From Sphingopyxis sp. (GTDB lineage: Bacteria; Pseudomonadota; Alphaproteobacteria; Sphingomonadales; Sphingomonadaceae): a DNA stretch of 64,000 nt. The notes beneath the pieces were generated by a model. The model made no database searches and had not been told where the DNA came from. It saw only the letters and a list, made by a program, of their open reading frames with translations. Positions within the stretch are counted from its first letter, which is position 1, and each line of letters opens with the position of its first letter. A program made the translations under genes and the position numbers. Shown here in pieces: positions 37,859 through 47,799 of this stretch. The stretch lies in assembly GCF_035998905.1 (NCBI RefSeq), contig NZ_DASYHG010000009.1, forward strand, positions 1 through 64,000. Direction: 5' to 3'.

Positions 37859-38371
37859 ATGGAATTTCCACAGATCGGGCGGCTATTCGCCTACGTGCCG
37901 ATGTTGTTTCTATTGCCTGCATCCGCACATGCGCAGGTAGCTCCGGAATCCCCGGTTCACACAACTGTAAATGGCGCTTTCTATTTGTGCCCCCGCCTGA
38001 TCGGAACCGAAGCGGCGCCACCGGCCGAAGAGCTTTCGAAGTTAGGCTTTGAAGCCACCGCTCCACTCGTTCCAGGCCGTGGCCTATGGTTCAAAGGCGA
38101 TGGCGGCAAAGGAAATCTGACTGTTTCATACGACCCGGCCGAAAAACGCTGTACGCTGGATTATGTTGGCGCCGGGTACGAACAAATTGCCGGCATTGCC
38201 CGCGATATGGTCAAGCAGAACCGTTTCGTCAGGATTACCGGCGGCGATAGAGACGGCGCCAAGGGTGATGTATTTGAAGGCGCGGCTCGCGGGCGAGCAA
38301 AAATCGCCCGGTTCATCATCATCGAAAATTACACCAACGGCTCTGCGGCGATCAGCTACTCCGAGAGGTAG
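37859..38371 (+). CDS. secreted hypothetical protein in a lower-GC islet
   Basis: 170 aa with a signal peptide (MEFPQIGRLFAYVPMLFLLPASAHA). Codon usage is visibly AT-richer than neighbouring genes. No recognisable domain. Confidence 0.45.
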   Translation: MEFPQIGRLFAYVPMLFLLPASAHAQVAPESPVHTTVNGAFYLCPRLIGTEAAPPAEELSKLGFEATAPLVPGRGLWFKGDGGKGNLTVSYDPAEKRCTLDYVGAGYEQIAGIARDMVKQNRFVRITGGDRDGAKGDVFEGAARGRAKIARFIIIENYTNGSAAISYSER

Positions 38372-38531
38372 CGCAGGAATCAACGCCCAATTAACCATAA
38401 TACAACTCCGTCATCGTAATTTCACAAAGCCGACCGCTTTTCCCTTGCGGTGGGGCGGCGGCATCGCCACGTTGCATTTCTAAGGGGGCCGCCATCTCCC
38501 CGGCCTGGTCCCCGCAAGGAGATGAATGACC

Positions 38532-40868
38532 ATGCCGTCTTTTTCGGAAAGCCTCGAAAAGACCCTCCATAACGCTCTGAAGGCCGCTTCGGAGCGCCAC
38601 CACGAATATGCGACGCTCGAGCATCTGCTTTACGCGCTGATCGACGACGATCATGCCGCCGAAGTGATGCGCGCCTGCGGCGTCGCGCTCGACGACCTGC
38701 AATCTGCGGTTGTCCATTATCTCGATACCGAACTCGACAGCCTGAAGGTCGAGGGGCACAGCGATCCGTCGCCGACGTCGGGCTTCCAGCGCGTCGTCCA
38801 GCGCGCGATCCTGCACGTCCAGTCGTCGGGCAAGGATGAGGTGACGGGCGCCAACGTCCTCGTCGCGCTCTTCTCCGAACGCGAAAGCTATGCCGTCTAT
38901 TTCCTGCAGCAGCAGGATCTGACGCGCCTCGATGCGGTCTCCTATTTGAGCCACGGCGTCGGCAAGGGCGGCAAGCCCTCGCCGCAGGCCGAGCCCGAGG
39001 AAAAGGAAGAGACCAAGGAAAAGGCCGACGGCAAGAACAAGAAGGAAACCGCGCTCGACCAGTTCACCGTCAACCTCAACGAAAAGGCGAAGGGCGGCAA
39101 GGTCGACCCGCTGATCGGCCGCAGCGCCGAGGTCGACCGCACGATCCAGATCCTCTGCCGCCGCAGCAAGAACAACCCGCTGTATGTGGGCGACCCGGGC
39201 GTCGGCAAGACCGCGATCGCCGAGGGTCTCGCGCGCAAGATCATCGAGGGCGACGTGCCCGAGGTGCTGCTGCCCGCGGTGATCTATTCGCTCGACATGG
39301 GCGCACTGCTCGCGGGCACGCGGTATCGCGGCGATTTCGAGGAGCGGCTGAAACAGGTCGTGACCGAGCTCGAAGGGCTGCCGCACGCGATCCTGTTCAT
39401 CGACGAGATCCACACCGTCATCGGCGCGGGCGCCACCTCGGGCGGCGCGATGGATGCGTCGAACCTCCTGAAACCGGCGCTGTCGGGCGGTGCGATCCGC
39501 TGCATCGGTTCGACGACGTACAAGGAGTTCCGCAATCACTTCGAAAAGGACCGCGCGCTGCTCCGCCGGTTCCAGAAGATCGACGTGATCGAGCCGAGCC
39601 TCGAGGATACCAAGAAGATTCTCGCGGGCCTGCGCAGCGCGTTCGAGGCGCATCATCAGGTGCGCTATACGCAGGACGCGATCAACGCCGCGGTCGACCT
39701 CTCGGCGCGCTACATCAACGACCGCAAATTGCCCGACAAGGCGATCGACGTGATCGACGAGGTCGGCGCGATGCAGATGCTCGTCGCCCCGTCGAAGCGC
39801 AAGAAGACGATCACCGCCAAGGAGATCGAAGCCGTGATCGCGACGATGGCGCGCATTCCGCCCAAGTCGGTGTCGACCGACGACAAGGCGACGCTCGCCA
39901 GCCTCGAAACCGACCTGAAGCGCGTCGTCTTCGGCCAGAACACCGCGATCGAGGTGCTGTCGTCGGCGATCAAGCTGAGCCGTGCGGGGCTGCGCGATCC
40001 CGAAAAGCCGATCGGCAACTATCTCTTCTCGGGCCCCACCGGCGTCGGCAAGACCGAGGTCGCGAAGCAGCTTGCGTCGATCATGGGCATCCCGCTCCAG
40101 CGCTTCGACATGTCCGAATATATGGAACGCCATTCGGTCAGCCGGCTGATCGGTGCGCCCCCGGGCTATGTCGGCTACGATCAGGGCGGCCTGCTCACCG
40201 ATGCGATCGACCAGAACCCGCACTGCGTGCTGCTGCTCGACGAGATCGAAAAGGCGCATCCCGACCTGTTCAACATCTTGTTGCAGGTGATGGATCATGG
40301 CCGCCTGACCGATCATCACGGCAAGACGGTCGACTTCCGCAACGTCATCCTGATCATGACGACCAATGCGGGCGCCAGCGACATGGCGCGCGAGGGCATC
40401 GGCTTCGGTGCGTTCACGCGCGAGGATGTGCAGGAGGAAGCGGTGAAGAATCTCTTCACCCCCGAATTCCGCAACCGCCTCGATGCGATCGTGCCGTTCG
40501 GCTACCTGCCGCCCGAAGTCGTCGCACGCGTCGTCGACAAGTTCATCCTGCAGCTCGAGCTTCAGCTGGCGGACCGCAACGTCCACATCCAGCTCGACGA
40601 TGCGGCACGCGAATGGCTGACCGGCAAGGGTTATGACAAGCTCTATGGCGCGCGTCCGATGGGCCGCCTGATCCAGGAAAAGATCAAGCAGCCGCTCGCC
40701 GAGGAGTTGCTCTTCGGCAAGCTGGTCCATGGCGGCGAGGTCAAGGTGAAGATGAAGACCGGCGAGGATGCCAAGGTTGGCAACCCGCTCACCTTCGAAA
40801 TCACCCCCGCCGCGCCAAAGGCGGGCAAGGGCAAGGCGAAGCCGAAGCTGGACAAGGCCGCGGAATAA
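38532..40868 (+). CDS. clpA: ATP-dependent Clp protease ATP-binding subunit ClpA
   Basis: Starts MPSFSESLEKTLHNALKAASERHHEYATLEHLLYAL (Clp_N). Two AAA+ modules with Walker A motifs GDPGVGKTAIAEG and GPTGVGKTEVAKQ. AAGGAG RBS upstream. Confidence 0.92.
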   Translation: MPSFSESLEKTLHNALKAASERHHEYATLEHLLYALIDDDHAAEVMRACGVALDDLQSAVVHYLDTELDSLKVEGHSDPSPTSGFQRVVQRAILHVQSSGKDEVTGANVLVALFSERESYAVYFLQQQDLTRLDAVSYLSHGVGKGGKPSPQAEPEEKEETKEKADGKNKKETALDQFTVNLNEKAKGGKVDPLIGRSAEVDRTIQILCRRSKNNPLYVGDPGVGKTAIAEGLARKIIEGDVPEVLLPAVIYSLDMGALLAGTRYRGDFEERLKQVVTELEGLPHAILFIDEIHTVIGAGATSGGAMDASNLLKPALSGGAIRCIGSTTYKEFRNHFEKDRALLRRFQKIDVIEPSLEDTKKILAGLRSAFEAHHQVRYTQDAINAAVDLSARYINDRKLPDKAIDVIDEVGAMQMLVAPSKRKKTITAKEIEAVIATMARIPPKSVSTDDKATLASLETDLKRVVFGQNTAIEVLSSAIKLSRAGLRDPEKPIGNYLFSGPTGVGKTEVAKQLASIMGIPLQRFDMSEYMERHSVSRLIGAPPGYVGYDQGGLLTDAIDQNPHCVLLLDEIEKAHPDLFNILLQVMDHGRLTDHHGKTVDFRNVILIMTTNAGASDMAREGIGFGAFTREDVQEEAVKNLFTPEFRNRLDAIVPFGYLPPEVVARVVDKFILQLELQLADRNVHIQLDDAAREWLTGKGYDKLYGARPMGRLIQEKIKQPLAEELLFGKLVHGGEVKVKMKTGEDAKVGNPLTFEITPAAPKAGKGKAKPKLDKAAE

Positions 40869-40872
40869 AGGC

Positions 40873-40906
40873 GAAGGGGCGGCCATGGTGCCGCCCCTCG
40901 CTTTTT
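40873..40906 (+). terminator. rho-independent terminator after clpA
   Basis: GAAGGGGCGGC-catggt-GCCGCCCCTC followed by GCTTTTT. Confidence 0.7.
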
Positions 40907-40932
40907 GAGGCCCCAGCGACTATATCACCCTC

Positions 40933-41772
40933 ATGTACGACTATGTCTCCGTAACCGCCGGCGATGCGGCGAGCCCCACTCCCGTGCGCGACGGCACGAT
41001 CAAGCTGCACGACGAGGCGGGCTTTGCCGGGATGCGCAAGGCGGGTCGGCTGTCGGCCGAGATCCTCGACGCGCTCGTTCCCTTCGTCCAGCCGGGCGTG
41101 ACGACCGCGCAGATCGACGACCTCGTCCGCACGATGATGCTCGACGGCGGCGGCATCCCGGCGACATTGGGCTATCGCGGTTTCACGCACAGCTGCTGCA
41201 CCAGCATCAACCATGTCGTTTGTCATGGGATTCCCGACGACAAGCCGGTGCGCGAGGGCGATATCGTCAATATCGACGTCACCAGCATCGTCGACGGCTG
41301 GCACGGCGACACCAGCCGCATGTATCTGGTCGGCGACGTGCCGATCAAGGCGAAGCGCCTCGTCGAAGTGACCTATGAAAGCCTGATGCTCGGCATCGAG
41401 CAGGCGAAGCCCGGCAACCGCATGGGCGACGTCGCGCACGCGATCCAGACGCACGCCGAGCGCCATCGTTATTCGGTCGTCCGCGATTTCTGCGGCCACG
41501 GCCTCGGACAGATGTTCCACGACGCACCCGAAGTCGTCCACGCCGGCCGCCCCGGCACCGGTCCCGAACTTCGCCCCGGCATGTTCTTCACGATCGAGCC
41601 GATGATCAACACCGGCAAATATGCGGTGAAGATGCTCGCCGACGGCTGGACTGCGGTCACCCGCGACCGCTCGCTCTCGGCGCAGTTCGAGCACAGCATC
41701 GGGATCACCGAAACCGGCTGCGAGATTTTCACCGCCAGCCCCAAGGGCCTGAACGCGCCGCCCTGGCTGTAA
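40933..41772 (+). CDS. map: type I methionine aminopeptidase
   Basis: 279 aa carrying the metal-ligand residues and pita-bread-fold motifs of MetAP type I (GDIVNIDVT...HGDTSRMY...FCGHGLGQMFH...FTIEPM). Confidence 0.9.
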   Translation: MYDYVSVTAGDAASPTPVRDGTIKLHDEAGFAGMRKAGRLSAEILDALVPFVQPGVTTAQIDDLVRTMMLDGGGIPATLGYRGFTHSCCTSINHVVCHGIPDDKPVREGDIVNIDVTSIVDGWHGDTSRMYLVGDVPIKAKRLVEVTYESLMLGIEQAKPGNRMGDVAHAIQTHAERHRYSVVRDFCGHGLGQMFHDAPEVVHAGRPGTGPELRPGMFFTIEPMINTGKYAVKMLADGWTAVTRDRSLSAQFEHSIGITETGCEIFTASPKGLNAPPWL

Positions 41773-41821
41773 GCCAGCCCCCCATTTTCCCGCTTGCACC
41801 CTTGCGCCTTCGGGCGCAGTC

Positions 41822-41837
41822 TTGACGTTAACGTCAA
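41822..41837. promoter_or_regulatory. perfect 16-bp palindrome TTGACGTTAACGTCAA about 29 bp upstream of the PQQ-ADH start
   Basis: Seen directly in the sequence. Overlaps a likely -35-like TTGACG. Candidate operator. Confidence 0.4.
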
Positions 41838-41865
41838 CGATAGGCGTCGAACGGGAGAGCAAGGG

Positions 41866-44052
41866 ATGGCGAAACGGGTCTTTACGGCTGCGCTGCTGGG
41901 CTGCGCGGCACTGGCAATGGCTTCATGCAACGCATCGAAGAATGACAGCATCTCGGGCGGCGGGTCGCTCGACGATGCAGAGAAGGCCAGCGAGACCCTG
42001 CTCAAGACCGGCGGCAATGGCGATAATTGGGGCGCCATCGGCTACAGCTATGACGAACAGCGGTTCAGCCCGCTCACCGACATCAACGACAAGAATGTGG
42101 GCACCCTCGGCATCGCGTGGACCGCCGACCTCGACGATGCGCGCGGGCAGGAAGCGACGCCGGTCGTCGTCGACGGCGTGATGTATGTAACGCACGCCTG
42201 GTCGAAGGTCAGCGCATGGGACGCCGCGACCGGCAAGCCGCTATGGAAATTCGATCCCAAGGTTCCCGGCGAACGTGCCGTCAGCGCCTGCTGCGACGTC
42301 GTCAACCGCGGCGTCGCCGTCTGGGGCGACAAGGTCTTCGTCGGCGCGCTCGACGGCCGCCTGATCGCGCTCGACAAGAAGACGGGCAAGGAGCTTTGGT
42401 CGACGCAGACCTTCGACACGTCGAAGCCTTATACGATCACCGGCGCGCCGCGCGTCGTGAAGGATATGGTGCTGATCGGCAACGGCGGCGCCGAATTCGG
42501 GGTGCGCGGTTATGTCACCGCCTATGACGCCGACACCGGCAAGGAACGCTGGCGCTTCTACACCGCCCCCAACCCGAAGAAGGAAAAGGACGGCGCGGCC
42601 AGCGACGACATCTTCGCGTCGAAGGCCAATGCGACCTGGTCCGACAAGGGCGAATGGCAGACCTCGGGCGGCGGCGGCACCGTGTGGGACGCGATCGTCT
42701 ACGACAAGGATCTCGACCAGATCTATCTCGGTGTCGGAAACGGCAACCCGTGGAACCATGGCACGCGCTCGAACGGCGAGGGCGATAACTGGTTCCTCTC
42801 GTCGGTCGTGGCTCTGGATGCCACAACCGGCAAATATAAATGGCACTATCAGGAAACCCCGGCCGAGACGTGGGATTACACCGCAACCCAGCCGATCATC
42901 CTCGCCGAGCAGGCGGTGAACGGCAAGCCGACCAAGGTGCTGTACCATGCGCCGAAGAACGGCTTCTTTTTCACGATCGATCGCGCCAACGGCAAGCTGA
43001 TCGATGCAAAACCTTTCGTCGACGGGATCAACTGGGCGAGCGGCTACGACCTCGCCACCGGCCGCCCGATCGAAAATCCCGAGGCGCGCTTCTACAAGAC
43101 GGGCAAGCCCTTCATCGCGATCCCCGGCGCGCTCGGCGCGCACAACTGGCACCCGATGAGCTATAACCCCGCAACCGGCCTCGTCTATATCCCCGCGCAG
43201 CAGATCCCGCAGGGCTATCTCGCCGACATGGACGAACTCGACAAAAGGAAGGTGCTGGGGTTCAACGTCGGCACCTCGCTCAACAAGACGCTGCTCCCCG
43301 ACGACAAGGCCGCGTTCAAGGCGGCGGTTGCCGCCACGACGGGCCGCCTCGTCGCCTTCGATCCGCGCACCGGCAAGGTCGCATGGAGCGTCGACCATCC
43401 CGCCGCGTGGAACGGCGGCACGATGACGACGGCGGGCAATCTTGTCTTCCAGGGGACGAGCACGGGCCGCTTCCGCGCCTATGCCGCCGACACTGGCAAG
43501 CAGTTGCTCGACCTCGACATGCAGTCGGGGATCGTCAGCGCGCCGTCGACCTTCCGCGTCGGCGGGGTGCAATATGTCGCTTTCCAGACGAGCAAGGGCG
43601 GCGCCTTCCCGCTCGTCGCCGGGGTCGCCGGCGGCGTGACGCGCAAGGTGCCCAATATCCCGCGTCTCGTCGTGATGAAGGTCGGCGGCACGGTGAAGCT
43701 TCCCGCGCCGCCCGCATCGACCGCACTCGCGTGGAACCCGCCCGCAATGATCGGCACCCCGGCGCAGGTCGCCGCGGGCAAGGCGCATTTCGGGCGCTAT
43801 TGCATCGTCTGTCACGGCGACAGCGCGATCGGCAACGGCTTCACCCCCGATCTTCGCGTCTCGGGCACGCTCGCCAATGCCGATGCGTGGAAGTCGGTGA
43901 TCATCGACGGGGCGCTGAAGGACCGCGGCATGGTGAGCTTCGCGAGGGTGCTGACACCCGCCGATGTCGAGGCGATTCGTGCCTATGTCATCGAGCGGTC
44001 GAACTGGACGAAGGCGAACCTTCCCGATGCTTCGGCGCCGATGGGACGCTGA
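41866..44052 (+). CDS. PQQ-dependent alcohol dehydrogenase, quinohemoprotein type (C-terminal cytochrome c domain), lipoprotein
   Basis: Starts MAKRVFTAALLGCAALAMASC after an AAGGGA RBS. Eight-bladed PQQ propeller with a vicinal disulfide (SACCDVVNRG), then the C-terminal heme motif CIVCHG. Confidence 0.85.
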   Translation: MAKRVFTAALLGCAALAMASCNASKNDSISGGGSLDDAEKASETLLKTGGNGDNWGAIGYSYDEQRFSPLTDINDKNVGTLGIAWTADLDDARGQEATPVVVDGVMYVTHAWSKVSAWDAATGKPLWKFDPKVPGERAVSACCDVVNRGVAVWGDKVFVGALDGRLIALDKKTGKELWSTQTFDTSKPYTITGAPRVVKDMVLIGNGGAEFGVRGYVTAYDADTGKERWRFYTAPNPKKEKDGAASDDIFASKANATWSDKGEWQTSGGGGTVWDAIVYDKDLDQIYLGVGNGNPWNHGTRSNGEGDNWFLSSVVALDATTGKYKWHYQETPAETWDYTATQPIILAEQAVNGKPTKVLYHAPKNGFFFTIDRANGKLIDAKPFVDGINWASGYDLATGRPIENPEARFYKTGKPFIAIPGALGAHNWHPMSYNPATGLVYIPAQQIPQGYLADMDELDKRKVLGFNVGTSLNKTLLPDDKAAFKAAVAATTGRLVAFDPRTGKVAWSVDHPAAWNGGTMTTAGNLVFQGTSTGRFRAYAADTGKQLLDLDMQSGIVSAPSTFRVGGVQYVAFQTSKGGAFPLVAGVAGGVTRKVPNIPRLVVMKVGGTVKLPAPPASTALAWNPPAMIGTPAQVAAGKAHFGRYCIVCHGDSAIGNGFTPDLRVSGTLANADAWKSVIIDGALKDRGMVSFARVLTPADVEAIRAYVIERSNWTKANLPDASAPMGR

Positions 44053-44078
44053 CTGCCTATAATTTAGGCATCCAAATG

Positions 44079-44120
44079 AAGCCGTTGCCCACCCCTTGGG
44101 CAGCGGCTTCATTTCGTTTC
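44079..44120 (+). terminator. rho-independent terminator after the PQQ-ADH gene
   Basis: GAAGCCGTTGCCCA-cccctt-GGGCAGCGGCTTC followed by ATTTCGTTTC. Confidence 0.65.
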
Positions 44121-44228
44121 AAATTTCTTACCAAAACCCCGCGATTCGCCAATTGGCACGGCTTTTGATTGGTGCAAGATGGCGGGACACCGCACCGACT
44201 CGACGGCGAACCGGGCCAGCCCAGCTGA

Positions 44229-44618
<390 letters not shown>

Positions 44619-44689
44619 TCTCTCGCACTTTTTGGAACCCCAACACACCCCGGCACGCCGGACCATTTCGCAAGAAGGAAGCATAGACG

Positions 44690-46102
44690 ATGGCTACGAA
44701 GCCCAAGGATATCATCGCGCGGATCAAGGAAAACGACATCGAGTGGGTCGACCTGCGCTTCACCGACCCCAAGGGCAAGTGGCAGCACCTGACCATGGTC
44801 GCCTCGATCCTCGGCGAGGACGAACTCGAAGACGGCCTGATGTTCGACGGTTCGTCGATCGAAGGCTGGAAGGCGATCAACGAGAGCGACATGATCCTCA
44901 AGCCCGACCTCGACGCGGTCTATGACGATCCCTTCTCGGCGACCCCGATGCTCGTGATCTTCTGCGACATCGTCGAGCCGTCGACCGGCGAAGGCTATGC
45001 CCGCGACCCGCGCACCACCGCGAAGCGCGCCGAAGCCTATGTCGCCTCGACCGGCATCGGCGACACCGTCTATGTCGGCCCCGAAGCCGAATTTTTCATG
45101 TTCGACGACGTCCGCTTCGAAACCGGCTACAACAAGTCGGGCTTCGAGATCGACGATATCGAGCTGCCGACGAACACCGGCCGCAGCTATGAAGGCGGCA
45201 ACCTCGCGCACCGTCCGCGCGCCAAGGGCGGTTATTTCCCTGTCGCACCGGTCGACAGCGCCGTCGATATCCGCGCCGAGATGGTCTCGACGATGCTCGA
45301 AATGGGCCTGCCCTGCGACAAGCATCACCATGAAGTCGCCGCCGCGCAGCACGAGCTTGGCCTGACCTTCGGCACGCTCACCGAAACCGCCGACCGCATG
45401 CAGATCTACAAGTACGTCGTGCACCAGGTCGCGCATGCCTATGGCAAGACCGCGACCTTCATGCCGAAGCCGATCAAGGACGACAACGGCAGCGGCATGC
45501 ACACCCACATCTCGATCTGGGAAAAGGGCAAGCCGCTCTTCGCAGGCAACGGCTATGCCGGCCTTTCCGACATGTGCCTCTATTTCATCGGCGGTGTCGT
45601 GAAGCATGCCAAGGCACTCAACGCCTTCACCAACCCGACGACGAACAGCTACAAGCGCCTCGTCCCGGGCTTCGAGGCGCCGGTGCTGCTCGCCTACTCG
45701 TCGCGCAACCGTTCGGCCTCGTGCCGCATCCCGTACGGTGCTGGCGCCAAGTCGAAGCGCGTCGAGTTCCGTTTCCCCGACGCGATGGCCAACCCCTATC
45801 TCTGCTATTCGGCGCTGCTGATGGCGGGCCTCGACGGCATCCAGAACAAGATCCACCCCGGCGACGCGATGGACAAGAATCTGTACGACCTGCCGCCCGA
45901 GGAACTGAGCGAAGTCCCGACCGTGTGCGGCAGCTTGCGCGAAGCGCTCGACAGCCTGCTCGCCGACCACGACTTCCTCCTGAAGGGCGACGTCTTCTCG
46001 AAGGACCAGATCGAAGCCTATGTCGAGCTGAAGTGGGACGAGGTCTATCGCTTCGAGCAGACCCCGAGCCCGGTCGAATTCGACATGTACTACAGCGCCT
46101 GA
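44690..46102 (+). CDS. glnA: glutamine synthetase type I
   Basis: 470 aa: [26 protein letters not shown]... with GSI catalytic motifs and the adenylylation-site region (NLYDLPPEE). Confidence 0.95.
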   Translation: MATKPKDIIARIKENDIEWVDLRFTDPKGKWQHLTMVASILGEDELEDGLMFDGSSIEGWKAINESDMILKPDLDAVYDDPFSATPMLVIFCDIVEPSTGEGYARDPRTTAKRAEAYVASTGIGDTVYVGPEAEFFMFDDVRFETGYNKSGFEIDDIELPTNTGRSYEGGNLAHRPRAKGGYFPVAPVDSAVDIRAEMVSTMLEMGLPCDKHHHEVAAAQHELGLTFGTLTETADRMQIYKYVVHQVAHAYGKTATFMPKPIKDDNGSGMHTHISIWEKGKPLFAGNGYAGLSDMCLYFIGGVVKHAKALNAFTNPTTNSYKRLVPGFEAPVLLAYSSRNRSASCRIPYGAGAKSKRVEFRFPDAMANPYLCYSALLMAGLDGIQNKIHPGDAMDKNLYDLPPEELSEVPTVCGSLREALDSLLADHDFLLKGDVFSKDQIEAYVELKWDEVYRFEQTPSPVEFDMYYSA

Positions 46103-46127
46103 TCCGCAGGATCGGCGTTGCCAAGGG

Positions 46128-46165
46128 AAAGGGCGTCCGGTTCGGGGGAACCGGGCGCCCTTTTT
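46128..46165. terminator. bidirectional rho-independent terminator between glnA and the convergent membrane-protein gene
   Basis: AAGGGCGTCCGGTTC-ggggg-GAACCGGGCGCCCTT followed by TTTTT. Confidence 0.7.
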
Positions 46166-46169
46166 CACA

Positions 46170-46829
46170 TCAGCGCGTCATCATCCCGCGCCGCCCGATC
46201 GCGACAAACGCGCCGAGCAGCATCATCGCCGACAATGTCGTGACGACGTCGATCGGGGTCAGCACCGCGCCCCAGCCGAGGAAATCGGCGGCGCCCCACA
46301 GGGTGAGCAACACCCAGCTGAGGCAAAAGGCCCAGAAGCATCCTTCGAGACCCAGCTGGTGGTTGAGTTCGTCGAAGTCGTTCCGCCAGCGCCACGACGC
46401 GACCACGCCGGCGACGAAGACAATCAGCAAGACGCCCATGGCGACACCCGCCGGGACAACGCCCGCGGCGAAACCCGGACCGCGCGCCAAGGCCAGCAGG
46501 ACGAGCGCCACGCCGAGCGCCGCCATCGTGACGGTCGATCGCATCATACCGCGCCGCTCCTCGCGCAATTCTTCGGCATCGGCGACGTTGAGCAGCTTCG
46601 CCCCTGCCCGCGGCGCCGCCAGGCCGAAGCCGACGAGCGCCGCCATCATCGCATAGACGAGGCCGACGGCACCCAGCGCGACGCGCGAGGGGCCCATTGC
46701 GTCAAGCAGGTCCGATCCCGCGACCGCGAGCACCGCCGCCATCACGCCGCCGCCGACAAGCGCGCCGACGAGCATCTGCATTCCCGTGCGCTTCCACTTC
46801 GCTGGCTTATCCTCGGTCATGCTGTTCAT
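46170..46829 (-). CDS. DUF2975-like integral membrane protein (partner of a YozG-type regulator)
   Basis: About 4-5 TM helices and no catalytic motifs. Its start overlaps the 3' end of the upstream small XRE regulator gene, the arrangement known for yozG-yoaS-type pairs. The family assignment rests on architecture and context. Confidence 0.45.
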   Translation of the reverse strand: MNSMTEDKPAKWKRTGMQMLVGALVGGGVMAAVLAVAGSDLLDAMGPSRVALGAVGLVYAMMAALVGFGLAAPRAGAKLLNVADAEELREERRGMMRSTVTMAALGVALVLLALARGPGFAAGVVPAGVAMGVLLIVFVAGVVASWRWRNDFDELNHQLGLEGCFWAFCLSWVLLTLWGAADFLGWGAVLTPIDVVTTLSAMMLLGAFVAIGRRGMMTR

Positions 46830-47038
46830 TCTTCGATCTCCGGCGTCCAATGGTCGACGAACAATTCGCGCACTTCGAGCCCGAACAGGCGGGCCATGCG
46901 CAGCGCAAGCGGCAGGCTCGGGTCATATTTGTCGGTTTCGACCGCGTTGATCGTCTGGCGCGATACACCGAGGCGCCGGGCCAGTTCGCCCTGGCTCCAG
47001 CCCGCCCCTTCCCGATATTCGCGAACCCGATTTTCCAA
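46826..47038 (-). CDS. small XRE-family (Cro/C1, YozG-like) helix-turn-helix transcriptional regulator
   Basis: About 70 aa from a TTG start after GGGAG: (M)ENRVREYREGAGWSQGELARRLGVSRQTINAVETDKYDPSLPLALRMARLFGLEVRELF, a canonical HTH. Confidence 0.6.
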   Translation of the reverse strand: MENRVREYREGAGWSQGELARRLGVSRQTINAVETDKYDPSLPLALRMARLFGLEVRELFVDHWTPEIEE

Positions 47039-47050
47039 CGCCCGCTCCCT

Positions 47051-47100
47051 GCCTGTAAAGAACTCTTTACAGAAGCAATGCTGAAGTGTCAAACACTCTT
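47051..47100. promoter_or_regulatory. operator-like repeats upstream of the XRE regulator
   Basis: Near-palindrome TGTAAAGA-act-CTTTACA, a second copy of ACTCTTTACA 31 bp away, and an inverted repeat AGTGTcaaACACT. The divergent promoter region for the XRE gene and the lipoprotein gene at 47187. Confidence 0.4.
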
Positions 47101-47186
47101 TACACATGCCGGGTCGGGACATCCGCGATTACGCTTTGGTAAGACGCGTGCGCTATGAGAAACCCCTCTTTCCGGGGGGATTTTCG

Positions 47187-47705
47187 ATGTTGCGTATGGT
47201 GTTTCCGGTCATGGCGTTCCTGCTTGTCACCGGCTGCGGGAAGGTTGCCGAACTGGCCAATCAGACGCGGACCGTCGCTGCGCCGCGCGAGCAGGTGTTC
47301 GCAAAGATGTTCGGCGACGGCAGCGCCTTTGCCGGCCTGCCGCTCGTCACCAACGGCGGCTCGACGCGGCTCTACGAACTCGTGGCAGAAAAGGGCGAAC
47401 CCGGATTTGCGCAGCTGGTTCCCAAGGAACGGCCCGATGCCTATAAGGTCAAGGTGGCCGTTGCGATGGAAATCCCGCGTGAGGCGCATCTGATCTACAG
47501 CGTCGACGACGGCGCGCTCGCCACCGGGCTGAAATTCACCTTCGAGGAACTGGCGCCCGATCGCACCCGCGTCGCCTTCACCATCGACGAGCTCTCCGGC
47601 GACGACGCGAAGGGGCTCGCGGTCAACCGCTTCGCGCTCCAGAAAGTCGCCCGCGACGCGCTCGACAAGCTCGACGATTTCGAAGAGGTGAAAGAACCCC
47701 GCTGA
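47187..47705 (+). CDS. hypothetical lipoprotein
   Basis: MLRMVFPVMAFLLVTGCGK lipobox. About 150-aa mature domain with an acidic C-terminus. No family recognised. Confidence 0.5.
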   Translation: MLRMVFPVMAFLLVTGCGKVAELANQTRTVAAPREQVFAKMFGDGSAFAGLPLVTNGGSTRLYELVAEKGEPGFAQLVPKERPDAYKVKVAVAMEIPREAHLIYSVDDGALATGLKFTFEELAPDRTRVAFTIDELSGDDAKGLAVNRFALQKVARDALDKLDDFEEVKEPR

Positions 47706-47799
47706 GAGATGCCGTCGTCGCGGGGGTACTTACTTGCCTCCTTTATCCGCAAGTGGCACCTTCGCGCGAACGACAAGCGCAAAAAAGGGGTTTTCGATC

